Source: Minisyncoccota bacterium (GTDB lineage: Bacteria; Patescibacteriota; Minisyncoccia; Phycocordibacterales; CSBR16-193). From it: a stretch of 64,000 bases of DNA. Positions 38,438 through 49,338 of this stretch are shown in pieces. The stretch is from positions 135,075 through 199,074 of the forward strand of contig JBBDRA010000003.1 in the NCBI GenBank assembly GCA_040905715.1, written 5' to 3'. Made by a program: the position numbers and the translations under genes. The first letter of the stretch is position 1. Each line of letters begins with the position of its first letter. Under the pieces are notes generated by a model that worked only from the letters and a program-made list of their open reading frames with translations, was not told the origin of the DNA and made no database searches.

Positions 38438-39619
38438 TTACGGAAGAAATTGCTTGATCCAGCGAAATATTTGGGGGACAAGACGCTTAAGCCAAAGACC
38501 TCGCCTACCAGCACTATCACCTGATGACAGGCCGTAGATACAGATGCCATAGGCAACTGCCCATCGGGCATCTTGTATCTGTCGCGAAGTTTGTTTACCG
38601 AACTCGACTGAAGCTACTCTTGAAGGAAGTTCGAGAGAACTTTTTGCCAGGTCACTTATGTTGGCAATTCTGGCTCCACCTCCGGTAATGATGATGCCCG
38701 CCGGAAGCATTTTGTTGCGCTTGATCCGTTTGAGATGTGTTTCTATTAATTCAAAAATATCCGACAGACGGGCGTTTACTATTTCATTGAGTTGTTGACG
38801 GGAAATGTTCGTGCCGGTTCGTTCGCCGTGCTTGATCTGTTGCGCTTCTTCAAGAGGTATCTTCAAGCCAAGCGCAATGTCGTTGGTGATATCTGTTGAG
38901 CCAAGAGAAAAAGTTTCAAGTGATATTGGAAGATTGTTTTCAAATACAGCTATCGATACGGTCTCAGCGCCGATGTTCGCTAAAACACAGCCGGCGATCT
39001 TTTGGCTTTTAGAGAGACTTACTAAACTGGCAGCGATAGGTGAAGCAACGTAGTCGGTGACTTCAACGCCGGCGTTCTCGACTGCGTCGACCAGATCGCT
39101 CACGTGTGGTTCGAGGGCTGTTATGAATAGGTACTTTGCCTCAATTCTCATACCTTTGAGGCCAATCGGACTTCCCATTACCGGCTGACCGTCTATGGAG
39201 TGTTGGAGAGGGATCCGGTGAATGATTCGACGGTTCTGGAGTTGTGCTGGCGGAATGTTCGCCTCGCAAGCCTCTTCGATCGTGGTAAGATCTAGTTCAC
39301 TTATTTCGTTGTCGCCCCGAGAAACAGTTGATGTACCTTCGGCAGTTATGCTTTCAAGACTGATACCACCTATAGCAAGATAGCCCTCCTCGACGGTAAC
39401 CCCACTTGCTTTTTCCGCCTCCGCAAGGGCGACAGCAATACTGCTGGTTACTTCATTGGTGTTTATAATGTAGCCGTGTCGTAGGCCACGAGATTCAGCA
39501 ATACCGGTACCAATAACGTGAGGAACTGCTTTGCCTTGAGCGTTGCGTGAACGTTCAGCAATAACAACCTTAACGTGGTGAGTTCCAATATCTATTCCTG
39601 CTGTTGTGTTGCGTGACAT
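38438..39619 (-). CDS. ftsA: cell division protein FtsA
   Basis: GIDIGT, S.GLR.G.I, NIGAET, ITNDIA.GL and LPAGIIITGGG motifs; adjacent to ftsZ; ATG at 39619. Confidence 0.95.
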   Translation of the reverse strand: MSRNTTAGIDIGTHHVKVVIAERSRNAQGKAVPHVIGTGIAESRGLRHGYIINTNEVTSSIAVALAEAEKASGVTVEEGYLAIGGISLESITAEGTSTVSRGDNEISELDLTTIEEACEANIPPAQLQNRRIIHRIPLQHSIDGQPVMGSPIGLKGMRIEAKYLFITALEPHVSDLVDAVENAGVEVTDYVASPIAASLVSLSKSQKIAGCVLANIGAETVSIAVFENNLPISLETFSLGSTDITNDIALGLKIPLEEAQQIKHGERTGTNISRQQLNEIVNARLSDIFELIETHLKRIKRNKMLPAGIIITGGGARIANISDLAKSSLELPSRVASVEFGKQTSRQIQDARWAVAYGICIYGLSSGDSAGRRGLWLKRLVPQIFRWIKQFLP

Positions 39620-39668
39620 AATAAGGAGAGAAGCACGCCACACGTTTCGTTTTAATTGTGCAAAGTGG

Positions 39669-40088
39669 TTACACTTTAAAACGGTGGCGGATACGAGCTT
39701 CGCTTGCTTCCATTCTACCCCCGTGTTCCATTCCTTTCAAATGAAAACAGCCGTGGATAAAGAGAAAAACTAAAAAGTGATCCAGTTCACGATCAAAATC
39801 AGGTGCTTTCATTCGGGCGATCTCCGGGCAGATAACGATCTCGCCGCTTGTGTCTGAATACGTAAAACTCAACACATCGGTCGGCTTGTCTTTGTTGCGA
39901 TACGTGCGGTTGAGTGTCTGTGATCGCTTTCGTCCAACAAGGACAAGTGAGCATTCAAAGTGTTTGCCGAGGATCGCATTCTTTATAGCTTCATAATCAA
40001 ACCCCGTCGTCCTGCGGACGACGGGGTTTGAGGTCAATGTTGTGGAGATGGAAAAATGAGAAGCCAAATATTCAGCAAGGATCTTCAT
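39669..40088 (-). CDS. ybeY: rRNA maturation endoribonuclease YbeY
   Basis: LN..YR.KDKPTDVLSF, GEIVIC, HGCFHLKGMEH. Confidence 0.92.
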   Translation of the reverse strand: MKILAEYLASHFSISTTLTSNPVVRRTTGFDYEAIKNAILGKHFECSLVLVGRKRSQTLNRTYRNKDKPTDVLSFTYSDTSGEIVICPEIARMKAPDFDRELDHFLVFLFIHGCFHLKGMEHGGRMEASEARIRHRFKV

Positions 40089-40109
40089 AACAGATGTACT
40101 GTTTGTCCG

Positions 40110-40361
40110 CTAGTTTCGTCGTCGGTTATCGGTCTTTTCACCGATTTTGCCGAGTTTTACAAGCCATTCGATACGAGCCTTTCGCTCTAATTTCTCAAGT
40201 CGTCTCTGTTTAGTAAGCTCGCTGGAAAGCGGTCGCTGAAAATAGCGGTGCTTACGGGCAGACGAAAGGGTATTTGAGCTTTGTACGCGACGGGTAAAAC
40301 GACGCAGCAAGCTGGTGTTGTTCTCGTTTCCTTTTTTGATTACTTCTGCATTTCGTGCCAT
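40110..40361 (-). CDS. rpsU: 30S ribosomal protein S21
   Basis: EV.KK.NE...LLRRF.RRVQ....L...R..RY. Confidence 0.75.
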   Translation of the reverse strand: MARNAEVIKKGNENNTSLLRRFTRRVQSSNTLSSARKHRYFQRPLSSELTKQRRLEKLERKARIEWLVKLGKIGEKTDNRRRN

Positions 40362-40512
40362 AGGTTGTTTAGATTAGCACAAGAGAAGAAAACAGGCAAT
40401 ATTTTGTTTATTTTTCGTAAAGTGTGTAATAGAAACGTATTTAGTATCCTGCATCCGGTATTCAGTACACCGCGACCAAAAGGTGAGGTGTGCACTGGCT
40501 TTTGGATACAGA

Positions 40513-41745
40513 TCACATCGTGTACCGCTTGAGATAACTGACCAGCTGGTCTAGAGGTACGGTTTCTTGGGCTCGAGTGTGGGCGTTACGGACTATAACA
40601 ACGTTTTCCATTGCCTCCTTTTGACCCATGATGATCGTGTACGGCAGTTTGAGTTGTTCTGCTCGAGCGAGCTGTTCGCGGATCTTGTCGCGGACAAGAG
40701 AGTGGTACACCGGAATGCGGGCAATTCGCAATTCGTCAATAAGCGCGAGACTTTTTTGCCGGGCAACATCACCAAGGTGTGCGAAAAAGTGTTTTGGCTG
40801 CAAAGGTGTTTTTCTCTGTCGGCGAGTTTTATTTCGAGGTGTATAGGAGAGAGAGATGCCAACGGCACTGATGTCGTGGCCGAGGCGGATCTTTCGACTG
40901 AGGCGGTTGTAGCGAGTCCCCATTGCCAGCGGTGCCGTTTTTTCTTCGAAGTCATCGTCCATTTCTCGGATAGAAAAAACGGTTTGGGATGAGATGTTTC
41001 GGTTGCCTACCAAGGTGTTCTTGATGCGATACGGCACGCCGAGTTCCTCGAGGTGTTCAAGGACATCCATAAAATGATGGCGGCTGGCGTCGCTGAGATA
41101 ACTGATCGCTTTGGGCGCTTCCTCGTTAAGCCGCTGGCAGATCTCGTCATTCGAGAACTGAAGCATATCGAACACATCATTTTTTAAAATATCGTGGAAT
41201 TTTGGTGGCAGGTCGCCAATACGGTCACGATAAAATTGGATCAGTGCTCGTTCGAACCGCTGGATCGATTCACGATCGCCAATACTGTTCACGTCTACGA
41301 TCAAGTTCTGATAACCTTCCTCGCGCAAAATGCAGTACGCGGTCTGGATCGTAAGTGCGTCAGCAACACTGTGTGATGCACCGATCACATCGAGACCAAG
41401 ATGGATGTTGCCGTCGCTCGATACGCCACTAACGCTTTTATTACGTGCATAAAAAAGGAGGAGAGGGTAGGAGCACTTATGAAATTTGTTTGCGTGATAA
41501 AAACGTAGGAGGGAAGTCTTCTCTTCAGGTGCGCATAAAAAGAGCGAGCGATCATAGGCGTGAAAGCGCTTTGAATCAGTTCGGTCTGTGCGAGATATGG
41601 TAGGAGCTTTGATCGGTGCAAATCCGTAATACATTGCGATCTCAGCCGGTGCGTCAAACTGCCGTAAGAGAGGAAGCGGCTCGGGAAATATAGTCGGCGT
41701 ATCGTACATATTGCGTTCCTCTGGTGCTGAAGAAAATGGTGCCAT
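40513..41745 (-). CDS. degenerate histidyl-tRNA synthetase-like protein
   Basis: YYGF..I.AP, NSIGD, G.RYN.L and a C-terminal HGTP anticodon-binding domain (QL..A..L..PY.IIMGQKE); class II motif 2 not recognisable. Confidence 0.75.
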   Translation of the reverse strand: MAPFSSAPEERNMYDTPTIFPEPLPLLRQFDAPAEIAMYYGFAPIKAPTISRTDRTDSKRFHAYDRSLFLCAPEEKTSLLRFYHANKFHKCSYPLLLFYARNKSVSGVSSDGNIHLGLDVIGASHSVADALTIQTAYCILREEGYQNLIVDVNSIGDRESIQRFERALIQFYRDRIGDLPPKFHDILKNDVFDMLQFSNDEICQRLNEEAPKAISYLSDASRHHFMDVLEHLEELGVPYRIKNTLVGNRNISSQTVFSIREMDDDFEEKTAPLAMGTRYNRLSRKIRLGHDISAVGISLSYTPRNKTRRQRKTPLQPKHFFAHLGDVARQKSLALIDELRIARIPVYHSLVRDKIREQLARAEQLKLPYTIIMGQKEAMENVVIVRNAHTRAQETVPLDQLVSYLKRYTM

Positions 41746-41775
41746 AGTGCCTATATTAATGGATAAATTATTCGA

Positions 41776-42363
41776 TCATTGATCCTGCTTGTAACTTCCG
41801 GGTAACAGGTTTAGTTCTTGAAGTGGAAAAAGGCGGATAAGCGGTCGCCCTTGAATAAGTTCGCGTTCGAGCGGTCCCCAGCTGCGAGAGTCTGAACTTG
41901 CCTGGCGGTTATCTCCTAAAACAAAGTATTCATCGTTCTTGAGAGAGGTTCGGAGACTGTCTATTTTTGTATGTTCAACGTATGGTTCATCAAGAAGAAT
42001 TCCATTGGGGTGTTCAGCGTTGTGTATGATGACATCTCCCCGGTTTATCTCCACTGTTTCTCCGGGCAGACCGACAATACGCTTAATGAAGAACGTGGAC
42101 CTGTCTTCAGGGGAACGAAATACGATCACGTCACCACGATGAGGATTATTGAGCTGATAACTTAGTTGGTCAACGATCAGATACTCACCGGTATCAAATG
42201 TCGGAGCCATTGACTGACCATTGACAATGAACGGTTGGGCAATAAAGATCCTGAACGGTACAACAATGATCAGTGCAATAAATGCAAAGCGAATAACATC
42301 AATAAAAAATGAGGAGGCAATCGAGCGCGGCTGAGGAGGGGTTTGGGGATGTTCAAGGCTCAT
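41776..42363 (-). CDS. lepB: signal peptidase I
   Basis: GQSM.PT, RGDVIVF, IKRIVGLPGE, GDNR..S.DSR.WG. Confidence 0.96.
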   Translation of the reverse strand: MSLEHPQTPPQPRSIASSFFIDVIRFAFIALIIVVPFRIFIAQPFIVNGQSMAPTFDTGEYLIVDQLSYQLNNPHRGDVIVFRSPEDRSTFFIKRIVGLPGETVEINRGDVIIHNAEHPNGILLDEPYVEHTKIDSLRTSLKNDEYFVLGDNRQASSDSRSWGPLERELIQGRPLIRLFPLQELNLLPGSYKQDQ

Positions 42364-42560
42364 ACCACGAGTGTTACAAGAGCTATTGTACTTTACGAAT
42401 GGTCATTGACACAAGCTCTTATTGATTTTTTAAATTTTTTGGCACATATAGTATGTCAATCAGAGCAGACATTTGCTTACAGTATCGGTGCGTCTTGTTA
42501 AGAAATACAAAAATGATCGTTTGACTTGTTTGTAGATGCGAATGGTCTTAGAATACCTTT

Positions 42561-43202
42561 ATGATAACCCACTACATTATTGGTCTTGGCAATCCCGGTG
42601 AAAAATATCAGGACACACCTCACAACGTCGGCTTCCACGTGCTCGATGAGCTTTTGAATACTTGGCAGGGCGGCAGCTGGAAGCACGACAATGTACTCAG
42701 TGCTTCGATCGCTCGTTTTGAGTTTTCTAATACCTTGTTTGTATTTATAAAACCACAGACATTTATGAATCGTTCTGGTGAGACGCTCCGCGCACTGACC
42801 AAACAGGTTGATCCCGGGGACCTCATAGAGAACATGCTCGTTATTCACGATGATATTGATCTGCCTGAAGGAAGGATCAAGATAACGCAACGCAGTGGTG
42901 CCGGTGGGCATCGCGGTATTGAGTCTATCGCTCAGGTACTTGGAAGCAATGAGTTTAAACGACTGAAAATAGGTATTGCTCCGCTCGATGAGAATGGGGA
43001 GATGCGTAAACCTAAAGGTGAGCGCGCTGTCTCTGACTATGTTCTCGGACAGCGTCCGCGGTTTTCAAAGCGGGTGAGTGAAGAGATCGCACCGCTCACC
43101 GCGGATGCTATCTGTGTTCTTGTTCGTGACGGGGTTGAGAAAGCAATGTCATTATATAATGCGCAGTCTGAAGATCGAACCGAGAAACAAGGAGAAGAAT
43201 AA
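42561..43202 (+). CDS. pth: peptidyl-tRNA hydrolase
   Basis: GLGNPG..Y..T.HNVG, KPQTFMN.SG, HDDID, GGHRG. Confidence 0.96.
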   Translation: MITHYIIGLGNPGEKYQDTPHNVGFHVLDELLNTWQGGSWKHDNVLSASIARFEFSNTLFVFIKPQTFMNRSGETLRALTKQVDPGDLIENMLVIHDDIDLPEGRIKITQRSGAGGHRGIESIAQVLGSNEFKRLKIGIAPLDENGEMRKPKGERAVSDYVLGQRPRFSKRVSEEIAPLTADAICVLVRDGVEKAMSLYNAQSEDRTEKQGEE

Positions 43203-43237
43203 AACAGTCATTTATTTTGCTTGCGATATGAACGCAT

Positions 43238-43273
43238 TACAAAAACCGATCACGTGAGTGATCGGTTTTTGTA
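43238..43273. terminator. bidirectional terminator
   Basis: tacaaaaaccgatcac-gtga-gtgatcggtttttgta. Confidence 0.88.
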
Positions 43274-43298
43274 TTTTGTTTCGGTAATTTCTCTTACA

Positions 43299-44576
43299 CT
43301 ATTCTGTCGTATTTGTTGAAGGTTGTTGGGTCGGTCGGCTTACTTGCTTGTTAACCGGATTGCCTTCCTCGTCAACAAGAGTCAATGCCATGCGCTGGCT
43401 GTTCGGATCGAACAAGGTGATCTTAAGTGGATACGTTTTTCCGAGCTCGAGAGTTTCACGAAGTGCATCGGTGTTGCCGAACTCAGAAACATGGATCAAG
43501 CCGGCGATACCTTCTTCGATCGAAGCGAGGGCGCCGTGCTTGTTGTACTTGATGATCACACCTCGTACGATCTCACCGCGTTGGTAGCGCTTCTCAGCTT
43601 CTTTCCATGGATTTGCTTTCAAAGCCTTGATCGAAAGTGAGATCTTACCGTCTTTGATGTCGACGATCTTTACACGCACTTCGTCACCGACATTATAGAG
43701 TTCCTTAGGGTCTTCCACCAATGACCAATCGATCTCAGAGATGTGGACAAGTCCTTCAAGTCCGTCTTCGATCTTAACGAAGATACCGAAGTCAACGATA
43801 CCGGTAACTTCGCCGGCAACTTCATCGCCGAGTTTGTAGCGGTCGATGATCTTCTCTTTGTTCTCGGCGTCAGGAGTTTTCTCTGAGAAGATGAGTTTCG
43901 ATTCGCTTGGCACTGCCGAGATGATCGAGACCGAAAGTTTTTCGCCAACCAGTTTGCGCAACTCGTCAAGGATGCGGTCTTTGTCGCCGTCCTCAACACG
44001 TGGGTAGTGCTCGGTTTTGAGCTGGGAAGCAGGCAAGAAGCCCTGGATGCCTTGCCAGCTGATGATCAAGCCTCCTTTGTTTGCCTCAGTTACCGGTAGT
44101 TCGAGAACTGTTTTGTTCGCTACTAACTCCTCAGCCTCGCTCCAGATCAGTGCCTGGCGAGCTTCTTTCAAGCTGATCTCAGTGTAGCCTTGGTAACCCT
44201 CGCGCTCTACAACCTTTCCAGTAACGGTATCACCGATCGCGACACGCTTTATAAGGTCGCGAGCGTTTATGTATTCCTTTCCAAAAATGATACCGGTGCC
44301 GAACGGAGGCAGATCGATATAAAGAGTGTTTTTACCGTGTCCGATGACCGGTCCTTCTACAATGTCACCTTCTTGAGGCGGTTCCGGTGTTTCCTCGAGA
44401 ATGCTGGACATCACATCACCGCGATCATCCAAGTTGACGTCCTGCAGATCTTCCGGCGTCTGTCCCTGATGGGTGATCTCCGGTGTTTTGCTTGCGATTC
44501 CGCTACCAGCCTTTTCTGGCTCTGCTGCCGGAGCAGCTGTTTGCGTCACTTCGTCTTTATCTGTTGCTGTTGCCAT
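43299..44576 (-). CDS. rpsA: 30S ribosomal protein S1 (4 S1 domains)
   Basis: NKGGL, GFLPASQ, DFGIFV..EGLVHISE, SLSIK, GLIHVSE. Confidence 0.93.
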   Translation of the reverse strand: MATATDKDEVTQTAAPAAEPEKAGSGIASKTPEITHQGQTPEDLQDVNLDDRGDVMSSILEETPEPPQEGDIVEGPVIGHGKNTLYIDLPPFGTGIIFGKEYINARDLIKRVAIGDTVTGKVVEREGYQGYTEISLKEARQALIWSEAEELVANKTVLELPVTEANKGGLIISWQGIQGFLPASQLKTEHYPRVEDGDKDRILDELRKLVGEKLSVSIISAVPSESKLIFSEKTPDAENKEKIIDRYKLGDEVAGEVTGIVDFGIFVKIEDGLEGLVHISEIDWSLVEDPKELYNVGDEVRVKIVDIKDGKISLSIKALKANPWKEAEKRYQRGEIVRGVIIKYNKHGALASIEEGIAGLIHVSEFGNTDALRETLELGKTYPLKITLFDPNSQRMALTLVDEEGNPVNKQVSRPTQQPSTNTTE

Positions 44577-44777
44577 AAAATAAAGGGCCTTACGTGCTCC
44601 TATATAAAATTAAGAGGTACGTAAAGCGGGGCAGAGCTCAGGGGTCACCGGCGCCATTTCTCGTTGCCGTATTCATCGCCGGCGGATTAGCCTGTGCTCT
44701 GCGGTTTGATAATGCTACCTAATATCGTTTTCCGAGGCTCCTTTTCAGGAATCTCTGGGAAGGCAGTAGTGGTGGAA

Positions 44778-44805
44778 AGTATACTGAATAAAAAGCCAAT
44801 GTCAA
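44778..44805 (-). promoter_or_regulatory. sigma70 promoter of rpsA
   Basis: Minus strand TTGACA, 16 nt spacer, TATACT. Confidence 0.7.
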
Positions 44806-44987
44806 AGCTTTTTAGAACTCCATAGTGGTTTGGTAGTGGGTTGATTTTACTCTCGCACTACTTGGTTGGGTGTGGTATGCTATGAAAAACTCGGGAAAAC
44901 TCGATTTTTGAGTGTAATTGACTGTATTTCCATTTCCGACTGTTTTGTTCATATTATTTTGTTTGCCGTATCATTTTTTGACTGACC

Positions 44988-45629
44988 ATGATCATCACCT
45001 ACCACTCAGCAGCATGCTTCAAAGTGCAATTTGGCGACACTACGCTCGCCTTCAATCCTATATCTAAAAAAAGTTCGTCTTATAAACCGGTTCGATTTAG
45101 CGCCGATGTTGCGCTGGTGAGTATCCAGCACCCTGATTTCAATGGGGTTGACCAGGTCAAGCATGGAGATAAAGAGCCTTTCATCGTTCGCGGTCCGGGT
45201 GAATACGAAGTAAACGGCGTGGCTATACGTGGATACCTTTCGAGTTCTGAATATGACGGCAAGAGACACCACAACACTATTTATGTGGTCGAACTAGATG
45301 GAATGAGACTTTGTTATCTTGGTGCGTTGGGCGAGAAAGAGATCTCGCACGAAGCTCGTGAAGCGCTTGAAGATATCGATATTTTGTTCGCACCGATCGG
45401 TGGCAACGGCGTTCTGGATGCGACCAGCGCATATAAGCTATCGGTTGCTCTAGAGCCACGGATCATCATTCCGATGCTTCACGATGGAAGCGGTTCAAGC
45501 GATGACAGTATTGCCACCTTCCTTGAGGAAGGTGGCCGGGAAAAGGTGACTTCAGTCGACAAACTAACGGTGAAACAAAAAGATGTTGCCACTAAAGAAG
45601 GGGAGATCGTGGTTCTGGCAGCACAATAG
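44988..45629 (+). CDS. MBL-fold metallo-hydrolase-like protein (Lactamase_B_3 type, degenerate metal motifs)
   Basis: ITY....CFK, GPGEYEV.GV, NTIY, LG.LG, DILF.PIGG, P.IIIPM. Confidence 0.8.
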   Translation: MIITYHSAACFKVQFGDTTLAFNPISKKSSSYKPVRFSADVALVSIQHPDFNGVDQVKHGDKEPFIVRGPGEYEVNGVAIRGYLSSSEYDGKRHHNTIYVVELDGMRLCYLGALGEKEISHEAREALEDIDILFAPIGGNGVLDATSAYKLSVALEPRIIIPMLHDGSGSSDDSIATFLEEGGREKVTSVDKLTVKQKDVATKEGEIVVLAAQ

Positions 45630-45640
45630 TTCGACAGTCT

Positions 45641-46039
45641 ATGGGTTCATGGCTCACAAATTTGCGTAAGAAACCGCCGGAAGCAAGACAGAAGTATGCG
45701 CTTTTAACTGCCGGCACGATCACGTTTGTTCTCATTGGTGTGTGGGTTATGATGAGTGTGCCGACCTGGACGAATACACAAAACGAAGAGACGGTCTTCT
45801 CTTCTTCGATGTCATCTATCACGTCAACGTTTCAGGATCTGTTCGAGTCTTTTGATCTTGTGAGCACATCGACTCCACCAAACGCTGAGGAAAATGTTGA
45901 TTCACCGTACATGATCGAAGGGGCAACATCTACTGCAACGTCTATAGATGAAGCGAATGATCAGGAGGCTAACGCCACCTCTTCTGAGGGGTATTCGAGC
46001 GCAACTACAAGCACATCGACTATTGATACAGTTGAATGA
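45641..46039 (+). CDS. hypothetical single-pass membrane protein
   Basis: One TM followed by an S/T-rich tail. Confidence 0.65.
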   Translation: MGSWLTNLRKKPPEARQKYALLTAGTITFVLIGVWVMMSVPTWTNTQNEETVFSSSMSSITSTFQDLFESFDLVSTSTPPNAEENVDSPYMIEGATSTATSIDEANDQEANATSSEGYSSATTSTSTIDTVE

Positions 46040-46102
46040 GGCGAGGGAAAGGTATAAGATACGAGAATTACGCGTTATAGCTTAGCGCTAACGTCACGGA
46101 CC

Positions 46103-48607
46103 ATGGCAGAAAAAAATAATTCCAATAATAAAAACGAGGAGAACAAAGAAGAAGGCAAGACCTCTACGCCGGAAGAATTGGCGCTGGCGAAACAGGTGGT
46201 TAGCGCGAGTATCACTGACGAGATGAAGGAGTCGTATCTCGATTATGCGATGTCAGTTATTACGTCGCGCGCCCTGCCTGATGTAAAAGACGGCTTAAAG
46301 CCTGTGCAGCGCCGTATTCTCTATGCAATGCACACAATGAACCTTAACGCCGGGGGGAAGTTTCGTAAGTCGGCCGCTATTGTCGGTGAAGTTCTCGGTA
46401 ACTATCATCCACACGGTGACTCTTCTGTGTATGCAGCGATGGTTAACCTGGCTCAATCATGGTCGCTACGCTACCCGCTTGTATGGGGTCAAGGAAACTT
46501 TGGTTCGATCGACGATGATCCGCCTGCCGCTCAGCGTTATACGGAGGCAAAAATGACCAAGATATCAGGTGACATGCTCAACGATATTGAAAAGAGCACG
46601 GTTGACTGGCGGTCTAACTATGACGGTACAAAAAAAGAGCCGATCGTTTTGCCGGCAGGAGTACCGAACCTGCTTTTGAATGGAACATTGGGTATCGCTG
46701 TGGGTATGGCGACTAATATTCCGCCACATAATCTCAATGAGGTGATCGATGCGACAATGCATCTGATCGATACCCCGAAGGCTACCAACGAAGACATTCT
46801 TGGTTTTATAAAAGGACCTGACTTTCCGACCGGCGGGATCGCTTTTAACGAAGCTGATATTCATCATGCGAGCGCTACTGGAAAAGGGGGAGTGGTTGTG
46901 CGTGGAGAAGCGGAGATCGTGGAGGGAGCAAAGGGAACACATCAGATCATTATTACTTCGGTTCCGTATCGTACGAATAAAGCCGATCTGATAATTAAGA
47001 TCGCTGATCTGGTGCGAAATAAAAAGATCGAGGGTATTAAAGATATCCGCGATGAATCAACTGACGAGATCCGCGTCGTGATCGATCTGAAAGGGGGAGG
47101 GCACCCGCAAAATGTGCTTAATAACATTTACAAATACACGCAACTTGAAGATACATTTCATTACAACATCGTAACGCTTGTTGACGGTATTCCGCAGACC
47201 CTTTCACTCAAAGGAGTGCTTGAGCAGTTTGTCCTGCACCGAGTTGATGTGATCACCCGGCGCACAAAGCATGATCTGGCGAAAGCAGAGGCTCGTGAGC
47301 ATATACTGATCGGGCTGAAGAAGGCGCTTGATCACATCGATGCGATCATCAAACTCATAAAGAAATCAAAAGATACGCAGACCGCGCACGCGAATTTGAT
47401 GAAGGAGTTTAAGTTCTCTGACCGACAGGCGACCGCTATTCTTGAGATGCGCTTGCAAAAACTGGCCGGTCTGGAGCGTCAAAAGATCGAAGAGGAATTG
47501 AAAGCAGTACAGCAACTGATCGCTGAACTTAAGGAAATTCTTTCCAGTGAGAAGAAGATCCGGAAGGTTATTAAGGACGAATTGACAGAAATGCAAAAAT
47601 TGTACGGCGACGATAGGCGAACAAAGATCGTGAAAACGGGAGTTAAGTCAATGTCGGTTGAGGATCTTATTCCGGATGAAGAATCTACGTTGGTGCTGAC
47701 AGCAAGTGGATACATCAAGCGCATGAGCCCTGACGAGTTTAAAAAGCAGAAGCGAGGTGGTGTTGGCGTGGTAGATATCGCAACCAAAGATGACGACTTT
47801 GTTCATACATTCCTGACCGCAAATACGCACAACGATCTGCTCTTCTTTACTGATGCTGGTAAGGTGTACCAGACAAAAATGTATGATGTGCCGGAAGGTA
47901 AGCGGGCGACTCGCGGTAAATCGATCATGAACTTCTTGCCAATAGAAGGTGATGAGCGTATTACAACTGTGTTGCCGATGCCCAAGGAGATCAAGAAAAG
48001 CGACGACCTTTCAGTTCTCATGATGACAAAACAAGGTGTGACCAAGCGGGTGAAGGCAGAGAATTTTTATGACGTGCGCCGAAGTGGGTTGATCACAATG
48101 AAGCTCGGCGACAATGATCAGCTCATCTGTGCTGATTTTGTGAGTGCCGGAGATGATGTGATAACGGTGAGTGCTCATGGTCAAGCAATTCGATCAAGCG
48201 CCAAAGAGATCCGTGAGATGGGACGAAGTGCTGCCGGTGTGCGTGGTATGAAACTCGGGAAGGATGACTATGTTATCGGTGCGCAGGTCATAAGAAGCGA
48301 TGCGGTCAACCCCGGCCTGCTTGTATTGACCGCGGCAGGGTTTGGTAAAATTACCGATATTGATGAGTACAAAAAGCAAAAACGTGGCGGGAGCGGGATC
48401 AAAACATCAAAGGTGACAAAGAAAACCGGTGATATTATTGCCGCGCGTGTAGTAACCGACGAAGAAGAGCTTGTGGTAATGTCTAAGAAGAGCCAGGTGA
48501 TTCGGACCAGTTTGACCGAAATTCCTCGTCTTGGTCGGGTTTCTCAAGGGGTGCGCATCATGAAGCTTCGTGAAAACGACGCAATCGCTTCGTTCATCTG
48601 TCTTTAA
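46103..48607 (+). CDS. gyrA: DNA gyrase subunit A
   Basis: [34 protein letters not shown] and GyrA-box QKRGG.G. Confidence 0.98.
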   Translation: MAEKNNSNNKNEENKEEGKTSTPEELALAKQVVSASITDEMKESYLDYAMSVITSRALPDVKDGLKPVQRRILYAMHTMNLNAGGKFRKSAAIVGEVLGNYHPHGDSSVYAAMVNLAQSWSLRYPLVWGQGNFGSIDDDPPAAQRYTEAKMTKISGDMLNDIEKSTVDWRSNYDGTKKEPIVLPAGVPNLLLNGTLGIAVGMATNIPPHNLNEVIDATMHLIDTPKATNEDILGFIKGPDFPTGGIAFNEADIHHASATGKGGVVVRGEAEIVEGAKGTHQIIITSVPYRTNKADLIIKIADLVRNKKIEGIKDIRDESTDEIRVVIDLKGGGHPQNVLNNIYKYTQLEDTFHYNIVTLVDGIPQTLSLKGVLEQFVLHRVDVITRRTKHDLAKAEAREHILIGLKKALDHIDAIIKLIKKSKDTQTAHANLMKEFKFSDRQATAILEMRLQKLAGLERQKIEEELKAVQQLIAELKEILSSEKKIRKVIKDELTEMQKLYGDDRRTKIVKTGVKSMSVEDLIPDEESTLVLTASGYIKRMSPDEFKKQKRGGVGVVDIATKDDDFVHTFLTANTHNDLLFFTDAGKVYQTKMYDVPEGKRATRGKSIMNFLPIEGDERITTVLPMPKEIKKSDDLSVLMMTKQGVTKRVKAENFYDVRRSGLITMKLGDNDQLICADFVSAGDDVITVSAHGQAIRSSAKEIREMGRSAAGVRGMKLGKDDYVIGAQVIRSDAVNPGLLVLTAAGFGKITDIDEYKKQKRGGSGIKTSKVTKKTGDIIAARVVTDEEELVVMSKKSQVIRTSLTEIPRLGRVSQGVRIMKLRENDAIASFICL

Positions 48608-48659
48608 ATGAAATGCACGTAGAGTATTAGGCCGTAAATTCATTTGAACGTAAGGAAAG

Positions 48660-48696
48660 TAAAAGAAACAATAGTATGGTGCTATTGTTTCTTTTG
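48660..48696 (+). terminator. probable terminator after gyrA
   Basis: aaaagaaacaatag-tatggtg-ctattgtttctttt. Confidence 0.65.
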
Positions 48697-48810
48697 TTTA
48701 TCACTATATTTTTTAGGCTTTATCTATATAGAATAGATAGAAAAGTTATCCCCTGGAACTCGTACTCCGCCCTGTTATACTAATTACAATTAATGTAAGC
48801 TTGAACCGCC

Positions 48811-49338
48811 ATGACTGACCCTGCACATAACTGCGAACAACTTGGTTTACAGCCCGGACAACATGTAGCTGATCTTGGGTCAGGTGCCGGGTACTATACG
48901 ATAGAGCTTGCTAAACGTGTTGGCACAGAAGGAAAGGTGTTTGCGATCGATGTGCGCAAGGATCTATTGGAAAAAGTAAAAAGTGCAGCACGAGATGAAG
49001 GGTTTGAAAATGTTGAAGTGGCTTGGGGAAATATAGAGGTGGAGAATGGAACCCGACTGCGTAGTGATTCGATCGACGTTGTGATCATAGCGAACACACT
49101 TTTTCAGATAGAAGATCAGGCTGGCTTGGCACGGGAGACGGTGCGCATTCTCAAGCCGAAGGGTACGTTGCTCGTGGTTGATTGGACAGGTTCGCACGGT
49201 GGAATTGGGCCGGTTGAAGAGCAGGTTGTGCCGGAAGAGAAAGCGCGAGAGTTATTTGAACTTGCCGGTCTTGAATTTGCAAATTCTATATCGACCGGTG
49301 AACATCATTACGGATTTATAATGGAAAATCGAACATGA
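48811..49338 (+). CDS. class I SAM-dependent methyltransferase
   Basis: VADLGSGAG, VFAID, RILKPKG.L.VVDW. Confidence 0.9.
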   Translation: MTDPAHNCEQLGLQPGQHVADLGSGAGYYTIELAKRVGTEGKVFAIDVRKDLLEKVKSAARDEGFENVEVAWGNIEVENGTRLRSDSIDVVIIANTLFQIEDQAGLARETVRILKPKGTLLVVDWTGSHGGIGPVEEQVVPEEKARELFELAGLEFANSISTGEHHYGFIMENRT

